Assembly (NCBI RefSeq): GCF_000150275.1
Contig: NW_002060959.1
Coordinates: 10,632-74,631 of the forward strand
DNA: 64,000 bases
From: Trichoplax adhaerens
Taxonomy: Eukaryota > Animalia > Placozoa
Reading direction: 5' to 3'
The notes below the pieces were generated by a model that saw only the letters and a list, made by a program, of their open reading frames with translations, had not been told where the DNA came from and did not search any database. A program made the position numbers and the translations under genes. Position 1 is the first letter of the stretch. Each line of letters opens with the position of its first letter. This document shows positions 46,380 to 58,700 of the stretch, piece by piece.

Positions 46380-47025
46380 AAATGTCTTAAACCTTCTGAA
46401 AATGATTTTTTACACTATTTGACAGTAATATCAGCCTGTTCCGAAGTTGCTGCGACTTCGAATCAGAATCACTTTTCGTTTGGACAGTAATTATCTCCTA
46501 TTACTCGAAAATGCTCAAATAGTAGCCTATCGTATGAGCTCTAATATCAATCTTTTATTAGGCGAATACAATTCCTCTATATCGCTATTTTGCCTTTTAT
46601 TACATCATATTACTTTTATTTTAGCTTCTTATGGATTCACACCCTTTCGTTCAACTCATAATTGCAATATCGCGGTAGAAAGTGGCCTAACTAATCGTTG
46701 TGACTATGTAAGATTCTTGGCATTTATAAGCCCTTCTTTTCTCAAGATAATGCGATATATGCGTACGTGTATAGAAGTAGATTATATCAATATCAGAGGG
46801 CAATCATGTAGAAAGTGCATTGTACTATTTTATTGTTCTGATACACACCATCTCCATGTCGATTTCCATTTTACAACAAGCGATAGTAGTAAACTATCTT
46901 TCCAGAATGTTGTGAGCTACGAAGATGCATTTGGTCAACATCATCAAAACAAACCAAAATTGTCCTATGTGGCTAACAAATAATTCAACGACTGGCTGGT
47001 GAATAAGTGGGCCGTATGCCGAAAA
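46380..47025 (+). pseudogene. Degenerate paralog of the secreted fibrinogen-like Cys-rich protein
   Basis: CDFESES..WT then a frameshift; ..EVDYINIRGQSCRKC.. retained; premature TAA at 46981; several Cys lost. Confidence 0.85.
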
Positions 47026-48694
47026 ATTTGTCTCCTACTGCTTTGGACAGCTAGATTGATATCTTAATGGATTAATGCTTTTACAAGTATTGAATGGTAT
47101 ATAAGTATTCAAATAGGGCTAATAGAGCAAAATTATAGTGTGTTCTAAACAACTTCTGCTTATTTGAATACCGAATTTTAGTATTTAATAGTTGATTCAT
47201 AGAATTATTTATGAACTCGTCACTACAATTCAATATTCCCCTGGTAACTTATATTACTGCATCATGATGAAATAGCATAATTAATACAATTTTTTTTGTC
47301 AAGTTACTGCTTACTTAACTAGAAGATCAAAATAAGTAGCATCACTATAATTTTTTTTACCTACCTTGGACAGCAGATAAGTTTCACTGCTATAATTATT
47401 TTACAAGCTGATAGATTAGAATTAGCGGCATACTCGTATGTAAGGGTAATCTTATTTTGAAAACGTATAAGAATGTACTAAAGTCTGTCAGTTCCATCTA
47501 TAAGTATTAAACACTTGACAAAGTAATAAAGTTTTGAAAATTAGAATCTTACAACGATCGATACAGTCGTAATTTGATTTATGATTTGATTTGTGAAAGT
47601 TTATTGCGCAATTATAGAATTTTACGTATTATTTACAAATCCGAGAATATTATCTACCGGAAATTATTTTAGTCAATCAGCTCTACTTCAGTAGATATAG
47701 ATGCTATCTATAAAAATGGCAGTATCATCGGTAACAAAATCAATCGGATCTACTTTAATCCGAATGGTGAATTACAAAACCAAGTCATTTTCATCTTAAT
47801 CAATAAAGTTATCGAGACCTTTTTAATATGTTAATGAAGATAACAAATAGTAATTAAGACTCGAATTTAAAAATGAGCTCAGACTTAAGCATATCTCATT
47901 AAAGGCATCGTGCCTATTTTGAACAGTACGGTACCTATTTGATATAAGCATAAACTTAATTAAGAAAGAGAGACAATCGGTCTTCGCCTTTATTATATTA
48001 CATGTAGAAAGAATATCATTTCTACAAAATTGGCAATCATGCTAATTGTTATAAAAATAGAAGCCGTCTTAATACTTGGCAAGTAAAAAGCAGTTAAGCA
48101 GCTATTGAAGAAATTGAAATTTTTGCTTTGTTGAGTAAGGAGCTAACTATTATAATCAATTAAACTGCTAGTTCTGATGTTGTAACTTGTTCTATTCCGT
48201 GTGAATAATACTCCACTTTCAAGATAGCCTTCGCACACAATCTTTTATAACCTACTGTGATAATGCATTAATAAAAAACTGCTGAAATAGGTTATAGTCA
48301 ATCCTATACTTTTTATAATCATTCGTTGATACTGTCAGAAACAAGTTAGTATCAATACTATGCTTAGAAATAGTTCTGTTAGGGTGGTTTTCCTAGTAAA
48401 AATAGTTTACCATCGTATTGTATTTATCTTTACTCTTATATGATTAGCATTTGGATACACTTAATAGTCTCTGTGCTACTATATTTAAGGCTCTTATTTT
48501 ATTATTCTAAATGATCTTTGATCAGTACTATTTGCAAATCCTAATTTACAAGAACAGGTAAAAATAAGGATCTTACTTGCAATATAACATGGTAGAACAT
48601 AATTACTAGGAGATAGTGTCGAGGCTGTCGGCTATGGCTCTAATTCAGTACTTACTACAAGTAGTTCATGCAGTACTGGAGTTGTCTTATTAGC

Positions 48695-48919
48695 AACTAC
48701 TGTCGGCTAAACACTTTATGTACGCACTATCTATTATAATGCTTTCTATTTCGTTTATCAATATTAATCGAAATGATACACGAAACTATGCCTTATTCCT
48801 TATGTTGATTGTTTTAAAAATAGAAAATTTACTAAAAACTACTGTCTGCTAAAAACTTTATGTACGCATTATCTACTATAATACTTTCTATTTCATATGT
48901 CAATATTAATCGAAATGAT
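48695..48919. repeat. Two copies of an ~83-bp sequence, ~142 bp apart
   Basis: aactactgtc.gctaaa.actttatgtacgca.tatcta.tataat.ctttctatttc...caatattaatcgaaatgat occurs twice. Confidence 0.8.
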
Positions 48920-49703
48920 TTCCTGAATAAGATGTATAAAATGTGGCTATGGTATTAATATCTTAACTGGATATCAAATTAAAATCGCCATAATCAATTA
49001 GCGATAGTTTTATCTACTATTTTACTTAATTTTATCACGTAGATATTCTGCTTTAAATTACTTTGTAGAAAATATGATAATTTGTACCTCAGCATTGCAT
49101 TTCTATATGCCAATACAGTACGCCATACTAAGTTTTTTTTATTTGATGCTAATGTAGTTCGTATTTTGATAACTGATAAAATTAAAAAAACTCTCACTTC
49201 ATTGTTCGCTTTATAATTCAGCATACGGTTATCCCGTTATGTACACGAAAGAATCTTTACTTTAACAAGTTTACTCGAGTAGAATAAAGGTCACAGCTGG
49301 TGATGAAGAATTTTTTTCTAGTCTATTCAATTACATTTAGAGAGAGAGGAAAGTGAATAATATAATCTAAATCAATCTCAAATTTAGTAGCTTACATTAT
49401 AATTAATTATTGCAAAATTTGTTTGGGTTTCAAAGAGAGGCTGATGTAAGATCAGACGTAAAGCGATAGTTAATTACCGCCATCAGCTTGATACCCGGTC
49501 TATGATGTGTTGAGGTTTATGTATAACAATAACATTAGATGTAGACATTTTTAATCCTGCAATATATATAACTGCATCGCGCCCAATTGTTCATATTTTC
49601 CAGTTTAAATTGTAGAGAGTGTGTGAACTGCAGTTCGAATTCGAACACTATTCAATATTTTATTGCTTGTCTTCTTTTCTATTTTCTACCTTTAGCTAGA
49701 AAA

Positions 49704-50623
49704 ATGTCCAGATTGATCGCATTTGTTGTTATCCTAGCTGCTATTGTACCCAATGGATTTTCTTCGGTATATTCTAGCTACATACTTAATGAAGAAACTC
49801 TTTTCTTTGCTGTTGCTATGCTTCATGATTACAGTAACATTTTTAGCAAATTACTATTTCTACTAATAGGACTAGTATTAAAATCATATTTTACTGTTGA
49901 TAGGTGGTTATCAAGCATCGCGCTAAATCTTGTTATGAAGTCAAAGAGTATCTTCAAGCTAACGAGAATGGATTTTATAATCTATTCGATAGCTTAGGCA
50001 GTCCTTACACTACTTATTGCGATTTTGAATCCGATACACCATTTGTTTGGACCTTGATAGAATCGTTTTCGTTACAAGAAGCTCAAAAAACAGCTAATCG
50101 TAAAGGTGTGTATGTAAATCATCCTATCGGAGAATGTATTCTATCTTGGTCAGCATTTCGATTATCTAGACTCAGAATGGATACAATCATAAGCTCATAT
50201 GGGACAACACACTATCGTACAACGTGCAATTTTAATTATGTTAATGGAACTGGATTAGCTAATCGTCGCGATTACTTGAGAGGGGAGATTTGTCGACGCA
50301 GTTATTTCCACAGTACTTGGGCATTAAATAGATATGGCCAACCGACGTATATATGCAACTACGTCGACTACGTCAATGTCCGTGGAACTACCTGTCGCAA
50401 GTGTACTGTTCCATTTGTTCGTCCTACAAGTAGCGTCCATGAACATATCGATCTTAGCATTGCAGCTTCCCATTGCAGTAAATTCACTCCTACCGATTCC
50501 ATTTCCAATGAAGACGTTTTCGGACATTACGGTAATGCTAATCCGTTATTTTCATGTACGTCGAATGTGAATTCTACGACTAATTGGTGGTTAGGAGGTG
50601 CTTATATTGCTGAAGCTTTTTAA
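49704..50623 (+). CDS. Secreted Cys-rich protein with fibrinogen-related (FReD/intelectin-like) N-terminal motif, ~260 aa
   Basis: Exon 49704-49766 is signal-peptide-like (MSRLIAFVVILAAIVPNGFSS); phase-0 intron; exon 49904-50623 KSCYEVKEYLQANENGFYNL..YTTYCDFESDTPFVWTLIESF. Confidence 0.85.
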
Positions 50624-52632
50624 GCGTTTTATTACTATCAAAAACTTAATCATAATTTTGATAAGGATAGAACTTAAATTTATTTATCGCCGTCTCTACT
50701 TTAATTCAACTTAGAGCTGTGTACACTTTTTGTAGCAATTTATCTATCATTGTTTAGTAATCATCTTTCTAGATATGTAGCTATAATTTTGAAAATGAAC
50801 AAGTAACTTAGTTATTTTAGCTGATAATGTGCCGTAGCAGGTTATCAATGTACGGTACATGAATGCATATCTCTGTGTACCCTAAAAAAGGAATAAAATT
50901 AATCTTTACACTCACTTGACAACTTGGTTTAATATCGCTTTATCCATGTCGAATAGTTGACAGATTCAATGAAGTCAAAAAGCTAAAGATATTCAAATAG
51001 TAGAACTAGTGTAGATTATTACAAAGTCATGCTGGTATAAGGTCTAACTTGCTAGAGATCTACTATTCTCTGAGCTACCGTACTATATCAGTATCATAAA
51101 TTAAAGTTCAATATCTTTTCGTCTGGATTATGAGCTTTTTTAGTTCAAGTTCTATATCATGCTGAACCGCAAGTGCAATTTTGTAAATACCTTAAGAAAT
51201 TATTTGTAGGTTAAATCTAGACACTTTCTAGTAGACACGAAGGTCTTACCCAACAATGTAGTGCTTACAGTAGGAGTGCCTATAATTCTCTCTGTCTAGC
51301 ATTTATCCTCTATTATATTAATTGTTGATGGTTATATAAATACAATAATGGAATCATATCTACAATCTACAACGGAGAGAGTATAATTAAGCAGAAAGGA
51401 ATACAATTAATTTCGCCTACTTCAGTGGGAAATTAAACTGTGTAAGTTTATTCAATAATAATAGAATCACGTCTACCGTATACATAAATGTGAGCATCAT
51501 CGATTAAAAAGTATTAATCAATCAGATAAACTACAATAGAAAATTTAAATCATAAATGTTTATTTATTAAGAATAAAATCGTATATACTATTGATAAATA
51601 TATCATCTAGATTGAAAGTCGAAGCGAGGCTATGCATAAACATGCCATATGAAGGTTATTGTAGCCATTTTAATTATTAATTAAATACGACCATCTAATG
51701 TAGGGCAGGCTTTCAAGAAAGTGTCAATTTATTTTACAGAAGTCTTTAACTTACTCAACGTGTGATTTCTTGGAATCATTCAGTAAAGTAATCGAAAGGT
51801 TATTAAGGCGTTGAATAAATGACAATAGCACGGGATTTCTGCTTCTCGTATTTAATCGAATAACTAACTTACGAATGAGGTGACAATTTTTTTCAACGCC
51901 TATTCGAAATCGCAAATCGAATTAACTTTTATTCTCTTAAGTTCTGATATCTCAGCAAGTTGTTTTCTTACTATCAATTCGATATTAATGGCTTTATGTA
52001 ATAGAGCAGAAAAGGAATTGCAGTCATGATAAACTTTCAACAAGGTTAATCAAGGTTCATCGTTCTAAGAAAATCGTCATGAAAATTATACTTGATATCC
52101 AACCCAGGCAAATTTTAATCTTCTTATATTGATACACTTAAATCAGTGCAAGCTAAGGGATATACAGTATAAAAGAGCGAAATAACATATACATTAGACA
52201 TTATTGACAATTCTGTTTGCCTTCTAAGCAATTGTTAATATTTGTGACAGTACTTGGTATAAATTATAAGCTTAGAAGAAGAAGTAACCCGCTTTTACAA
52301 TTACTCGTTAATTAATATCCATCAAATTGAGGCAGACATTATTTGGTGTGATGTTAGACTAATAGAAAATTCAGATTCTATCTTGCATAATAGTGATTGT
52401 ATTTTAAAGTAGAACATGGAATAAAGGAATAAACATTTTAGTGTTTTCCCATTAACACAGCAGGCTATTTTTAGTCCACAAGTGAGCCACTAAAATAGCA
52501 GAATACTGTTCGTAGTATAAAACCGCTCACGATTGAAATTAAGCTTACATTCTCCTCACACAATCTTGAATACAACCGCATCATTTTTATGCAAGTAGCG
52601 TAACATAAAATTCCTTACTTATATAATTCAAG

Positions 52633-53477
52633 ATGGTCAAAATCTGGTCTCTCTTTGCTATTGTGGCTCTCTTACCACTTGTCATGCCAAATGTAAGTCT
52701 AATAGCTCAAGTTTAGATCGGATATACTCGTATACCTTTAGTAATTCTAATTCCCTTGATTTCGATCTGTAATATGAATAATGACGTTTACTTCTGTAGA
52801 CACATCACAAACCTAAATCATGCTATGAAGTTAAACAATTCCTTAAAGCTACTGAAAATGGCTTTTTCACTCTTTATGATGCTAACGGTAACCCGTTCCG
52901 AAGTTTTTGCGATTTCGAATCAGAACCGCCTTTCGCTTGGACATTAATTGAATCTATGACTCTCGAAAATGCTCAAAAAGCACAACATAATAAGGGCTTC
53001 AGTGTCAATATCCCATTAGGCGAATGTCATACCTCTATGTCTCTCTTTCGCCTTCCATCCCATCATATGTCTTCTGTTTTATCTTCTTATGGATCCACAC
53101 ATTATCGTTCAACATGCAATTTCAATATCATTGAAGGAACTGGTCTAGCTAATCGTCGCGACTATATAAGATTCTCGGCATGTAGAGGTGCTTCTACTCT
53201 CAGTAATATAAACGGTGGCTGTGTAGAGGTAGATTATATCAATATCAGAGGGCAATCATGTAGAAAGTGCCAGATGCCATTTTATGCTTCTAGTTCATAT
53301 CATCTTCATATCGATCTTAGTGGCGCAACAACTACTTGTAGTAGATTTGGTTTTACTAATTTTGTAGCCAATGAAGATGTGTTTGGCTACTATAACTCTC
53401 ATAATCCAACATTTTCTTGTACTGCCAACAAAAATTCAACTACTGCTTGGTGGATAGGTGGGGCATATGCCGAGTAA
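52633..53477 (+). CDS. Paralogous secreted Cys-rich fibrinogen-like protein, ~245 aa
   Basis: Exon 52633-52692 MVKIWSLFAIVALLPLVMPN|gtaag; exon 52800-53477 THHKPKSCYEVKQFLKATENGFFTLYDANGNPFRSFCDFESEPPFAWTLIES...STTAWWIGGAYAE*. Confidence 0.88.
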
Positions 53478-55762
53478 AATTGGATCTCTCATTTGGTAAC
53501 TGTCTATTATTTTTATTGTTTCAATTGGTTACTTGCGTAGCACATTAAATCGAATCGTAAGACTTTTAGGGCTAGTTAAGCTATATAAGTACCCTGAATT
53601 GCAGATATTAATAATGGCAGTTCTATAATATTATTTGTTATTAGCTCGTGATTCGAATTAAATATATACTTATTGAGACTCAAGGGCTATTCAGTGTTTA
53701 CAACATAACCACAAAATGCTGCAAATAATGTATTTTGTTAGGATTATCGTGTAATTAGTAGGTTAAATTAGGAGGAGCATTCTAGTACATTTGTCGATTC
53801 GGGATAGCAAATAGCTATTATAACTGCATTTATTTTCGAAATAAATTACAATTAACGTTATAACTACGGCATACCAGCCCTATTTTAATAGCGTTTAGCT
53901 ACTAAAAATTATTAGCAAAATATTAGCGGTATACTCAATGCTATAGAAGAAAAATTTAATAAAATCATCCACATTTATTAATTCGTGTCTAACTTTTCAC
54001 GCATACTACTAACAGTCGTAACAAAGTCGTATAAACTTAAGTTTTCAGCGATAGATCACTCAGTCATTGGCTTAGAGTATTCATTATCTCCTATAACTTT
54101 TAACGTTATCAATTGAATGCTTAGAAATCAATTATATTGTTAGTCAACATTTCCACCTAAGTTACTACAAATCTACGGTACCAACACCTATGGTCTAGTA
54201 TTTTAGCTTTCTTAGTTTACATAAATCCTGATTTGTATCAATTTTTGCCGGCTATGGAATAGTAATAATAAATTCAGATATACAATTTATACAGTAGAGA
54301 GTATAATTAATCACGATGTAAAATTGTCTATCCGATTGACTTCAGTCGAAAAGTGAATTATGAAAGTTAAGTTAATAATTATAATAGAATCACATTCTGC
54401 TATCAACAATATTGAGATAGTCCAGTAGAAACTATTAATCAGATCTACTACGATCGAAAAATGAAGTAAAAAAGATTATGGATTAATATTAGAATCGCAA
54501 GCGCCATCTTTAAACATGTGCATAATCAACGAAATAGTCCAATCAATCGTATTTACTCCAATCCGTAAGTAAATCATAAAGCCAATCTCTATTCAACTTC
54601 ATCGATTCAACTTCATCGATAAATAAATCGATATAAACTTCAACTTATAATTACTTGAACTGCGGATCTTATTAACGGTTGATTTAAAGAATTATTTACA
54701 TGAACTAGTCACTACAATTCAATTTGCCCTTCGCGTGTTTTATACTATTACACATTTTACAGTATCATGATAAAATCGCATAACCAATATAATTTTCTAC
54801 ATCGTCTAACTATATTCTCACACCTAGAAGATCAGAACAAGTAGCATCGATATAGTTCTTATTATCTACCTTAGATAACAAATAAATTTTACTATTATAA
54901 TTATTTTACGGGCTGATAGATTAGAATTAACGATATACTCGTATATAAGATTGTTATTAGCTTTATAACGTGTAAGAATCTAATAAAGATTTTCGATCCA
55001 ATCTGCTACCAGTTGACACTTAATGAATGCAACTAACAAAAGCAACAAGGTTTTGAAAATTTATACTTTATACTTATACTTTTCTTAGTCTAGAATTTAT
55101 ATTTAATAATCTTCGATGATTAAATAAAATATGAATAGAATCATCTGTACTGCCTATGAAGGGAAAAGTATAATCAACCAGGAAGTAGTACAATCAGCTA
55201 GATCTACTCTAATCTGAAATTGAATTTTAAAAGTTTTTTAATAATAATAGAATCGTATCTACTATCTATATAGATGTGATCATAATCCATATGAAGTCTT
55301 AATCAGATAAGAGACTGTCATTGGAAATTTAAATCATAACTGTTTGTTTATTAACAGCAGAATCGCATATACCAACATCATACATAAAATGAACAAAACA
55401 GGATTATCAATTGGATCGAATCCATTCGAAAATAAATTATAAGTCTAAATTATTTTATCTTAGTCAACAAAGCTGTCGAAATCTTTACTATGCTAGTGGG
55501 AATAAACACTAATAAGCTAGATTAGAAATTATAACGGAGTTATGTCTAAACCTTTCAAATCAAGGCTATGTTTGAACTTGCCAAATTGAGGCTATATTTA
55601 AACCTGCCAAATAGAGGCCAACGCAGCCTAAATAGCGTACGCAAGGTAATATTTTGTAGCGTCAAGTGTGGCATGCTCAAACATCTTGAAAGTTGGAAGT
55701 GTTAGACCTAGATATTGTGGACCATTGTCCAAAAAGGCAATACAGTTCTCGTAAATCCTATT

Positions 55763-58700
55763 TCACTCTTTTCTTTGTATGCAGTATTCCTCTTTCAATT
55801 TTTCGGCCATTTTTCCCTCTCTGCATTCACATAAAACTTTCAATAATGTATCAAGCTTTGTTGTTGAGCTGAATTCAGAATACCATGCCTCCAGCAGACG
55901 ATCAACCTTCCAAAATCTGCTATTATTTGAATCAACTATTTCGTTAATGCTATTCGACGATAAATGCAATTTTCTACCAAATTCGGCCAACTTAGTTGAT
56001 TCTATTTTATCGGCGATATCTATAAAGATGCTACGTCTATTAGAATCTATTAGGGAAGATCAAAATATTTGAACAAATCAATAATGTGGAGGTCATTATT
56101 AATTTGTTGTCATTGCTAAAATTCCGAGTACAGCACATCGTTATTTACCTATAAATTAAAACACTGAAAATCATTGACAATGAACTATTCATTTTTAGGT
56201 AGTATTCACTTAGCATTGGACTAATGAGCAGATTTTACATTACCAGTGGTTTTAGTATCATAATGACAATTCGAATATGTAACGAAATTATGGCAATGGA
56301 TTAATAGCTTTTAGAACAACGAAATGACTATGCTATAAAAATTATGCTTCGTGAGAAGGCAATATCAAGCTGTTACAAGTTCTCGAAAACTATTTGAGAT
56401 AAATAGGTGATCATTACTACTTTACCATCCTGTATTGGATCCATTGTGTTTTGAGTTGCCGTTTCTCCTTGTTGACTAGTCGTAGATTCTTGCATAACTG
56501 GTTTGATACCTACCGATTTACGTTAACAGATGCAAGTAATATATGAAATAAATATGAGAATATTAAATTTTTGGTGTTAAATATTGAAGGCTGTAGGTTC
56601 GTTTAAGTCGCTTGACATGGTATTGCAGCAGGTATTACAACATTATTTTATTCATATCTTTAACAAGCTCTATGTTTACGCACATGTACATATAAAAGCG
56701 AAAAAAGACACAATTTGAAACAAGTCAATAGATTCTATCAACTTGTCTAATTCAGAGTCACTATGTCCTATGATAACAATTGTTAAAATGCCTAAATGAG
56801 ATCTATGTTGAAAGTTTTATCACTATTTGACAATTTATAATATTGCTGGAATATGCGTGATACTCGTGGAACTCCAATTCGAGACGTCGAAACATTATTT
56901 TATGGCATATGAATATAAGATAGCGAATGCAATTGTTACTAATTCACTTGTCGTTATCTTATTCATAGTTAGTAAACTAATTAATATTTAAAACAGTAAA
57001 ATGGATAGAAAGGTTAGATAAACCAGTTTATTCTCACATCAATAGGTTTAAGAGTATCTATCATTGATTGAGACCAAAGCTGCTGTGATACTGATTATAT
57101 ATAATTATTATTCGTTAAAATACGATGTCAATTTCAAAATTTATAGTCATAATTGCGAATTTTTGGATTAATGAAAAGAACTTAATATCAAATAGTACCC
57201 ATCTCTAGTAGCTTATCCCTTACAAATTACTATGAATGGTATATTCGAGCACTACAAGAATAATTTGTCATACTGTATTGATTGCACATGCTTACTTATA
57301 AAAGTGTCATGAGTGCCTAAACGAGATCTATCTCAAAACTTTTATCACTGCTCGACCATTCGCGATGTTATTGGAGTATGCGTTATACTCATGTAGCTCC
57401 AATTCAAGATATTAAAACATTAAGTTTTAAGTCAATAAGGAGATAAGAAAGCGAAAGCAATTGTAATTATTAATTCACTCGTCTGTAACTTATAATTATT
57501 TATAACCAATAAAATAATTAACGATTTATGCAGTAAAATATATAGAAAGTCTAGAAAAACGAATTTTTTTTAAGTAAATAGTTTTAATAATAACTACCAT
57601 TGCTAATTTACTATCTTGTAATGGATCTATACCGTTTTGAGTTGTTGTTCCTCCTTGTTGACTGCTTATTGATTCTTGCACCACAGGTGTAATATCTACA
57701 GATTTGCGTCGAGTAAGTAACATCTGATTATTTATGAAAATATTGAATTTTAGCTGTGTTAGGTTTTATACATTAAGCGTATAATTTCATTTCAGTCGCT
57801 TGATATGGAATTATAGCAGCGGTTGCTACATTATTCTATCCATCTACTAAACAAGCTATATATATGCGCACATGTAAATATAAAAAGCTATCGAAAGACA
57901 CAATAGGGATCAACTCAATAGATTCTTTCAATTTGTCTAATTTAGAGCTTCTTTGGCTTCTTATAACCTTATTTTAAATCCCTAAATGAGATCTATGTTA
58001 CAATTCTATCTCTACTCGAGCATTCACGATGTTACTGGAATATGCGTAATACTTGTGCAGCTGCAATTTAAGGTGTCAAAACATTACTTTTTATGAAATA
58101 TGAACATAAGAAGGCGAATGCAATTGTAATCATCAATTCATCTATCGCTAAATTACTCATATCTAGTAAACTAATTAACATTTAATGTAATAAAATGAAT
58201 AGAAAGGCTAGAAAAGCCAATTTCTTTTTACATCAATAAATTTTAGAGTATCTACTGTTAATTGAAACAAAAACCATTGTAGTACTAGTCAATATTCGTT
58301 AAAAATTCGATATCAATTTCAAAATTTATAGTTATAATTGTAAATTTTCTTAATTTAGGAAAGAATTTAATATAATTAAGATTTATCTCTAGTGGTTCAT
58401 CATTCTACATATTACTGTAAACAGCATATATTTGCGTACTATACACATGAATAATATTGTTTCGCAGGCTCAATTATAAAATTGTCATTCTTTTACATTG
58501 ACGTTAAGTCGTATTGACGCTAACACTGAAATGAACGAAGGACTAACAAATTAACGGACGATACGGCCGACTGGAGTAGTGGTGTCGCAAAAAGCTCGCG
58601 ACGCGGAAACCAGGGATCATTAAAACTCCTTAAAAGGTAAAGCTACAACAGCTGAACGTGTCTACAACAGACTAGGAGTAGTCTAGTTTGAGGTTTAAAA

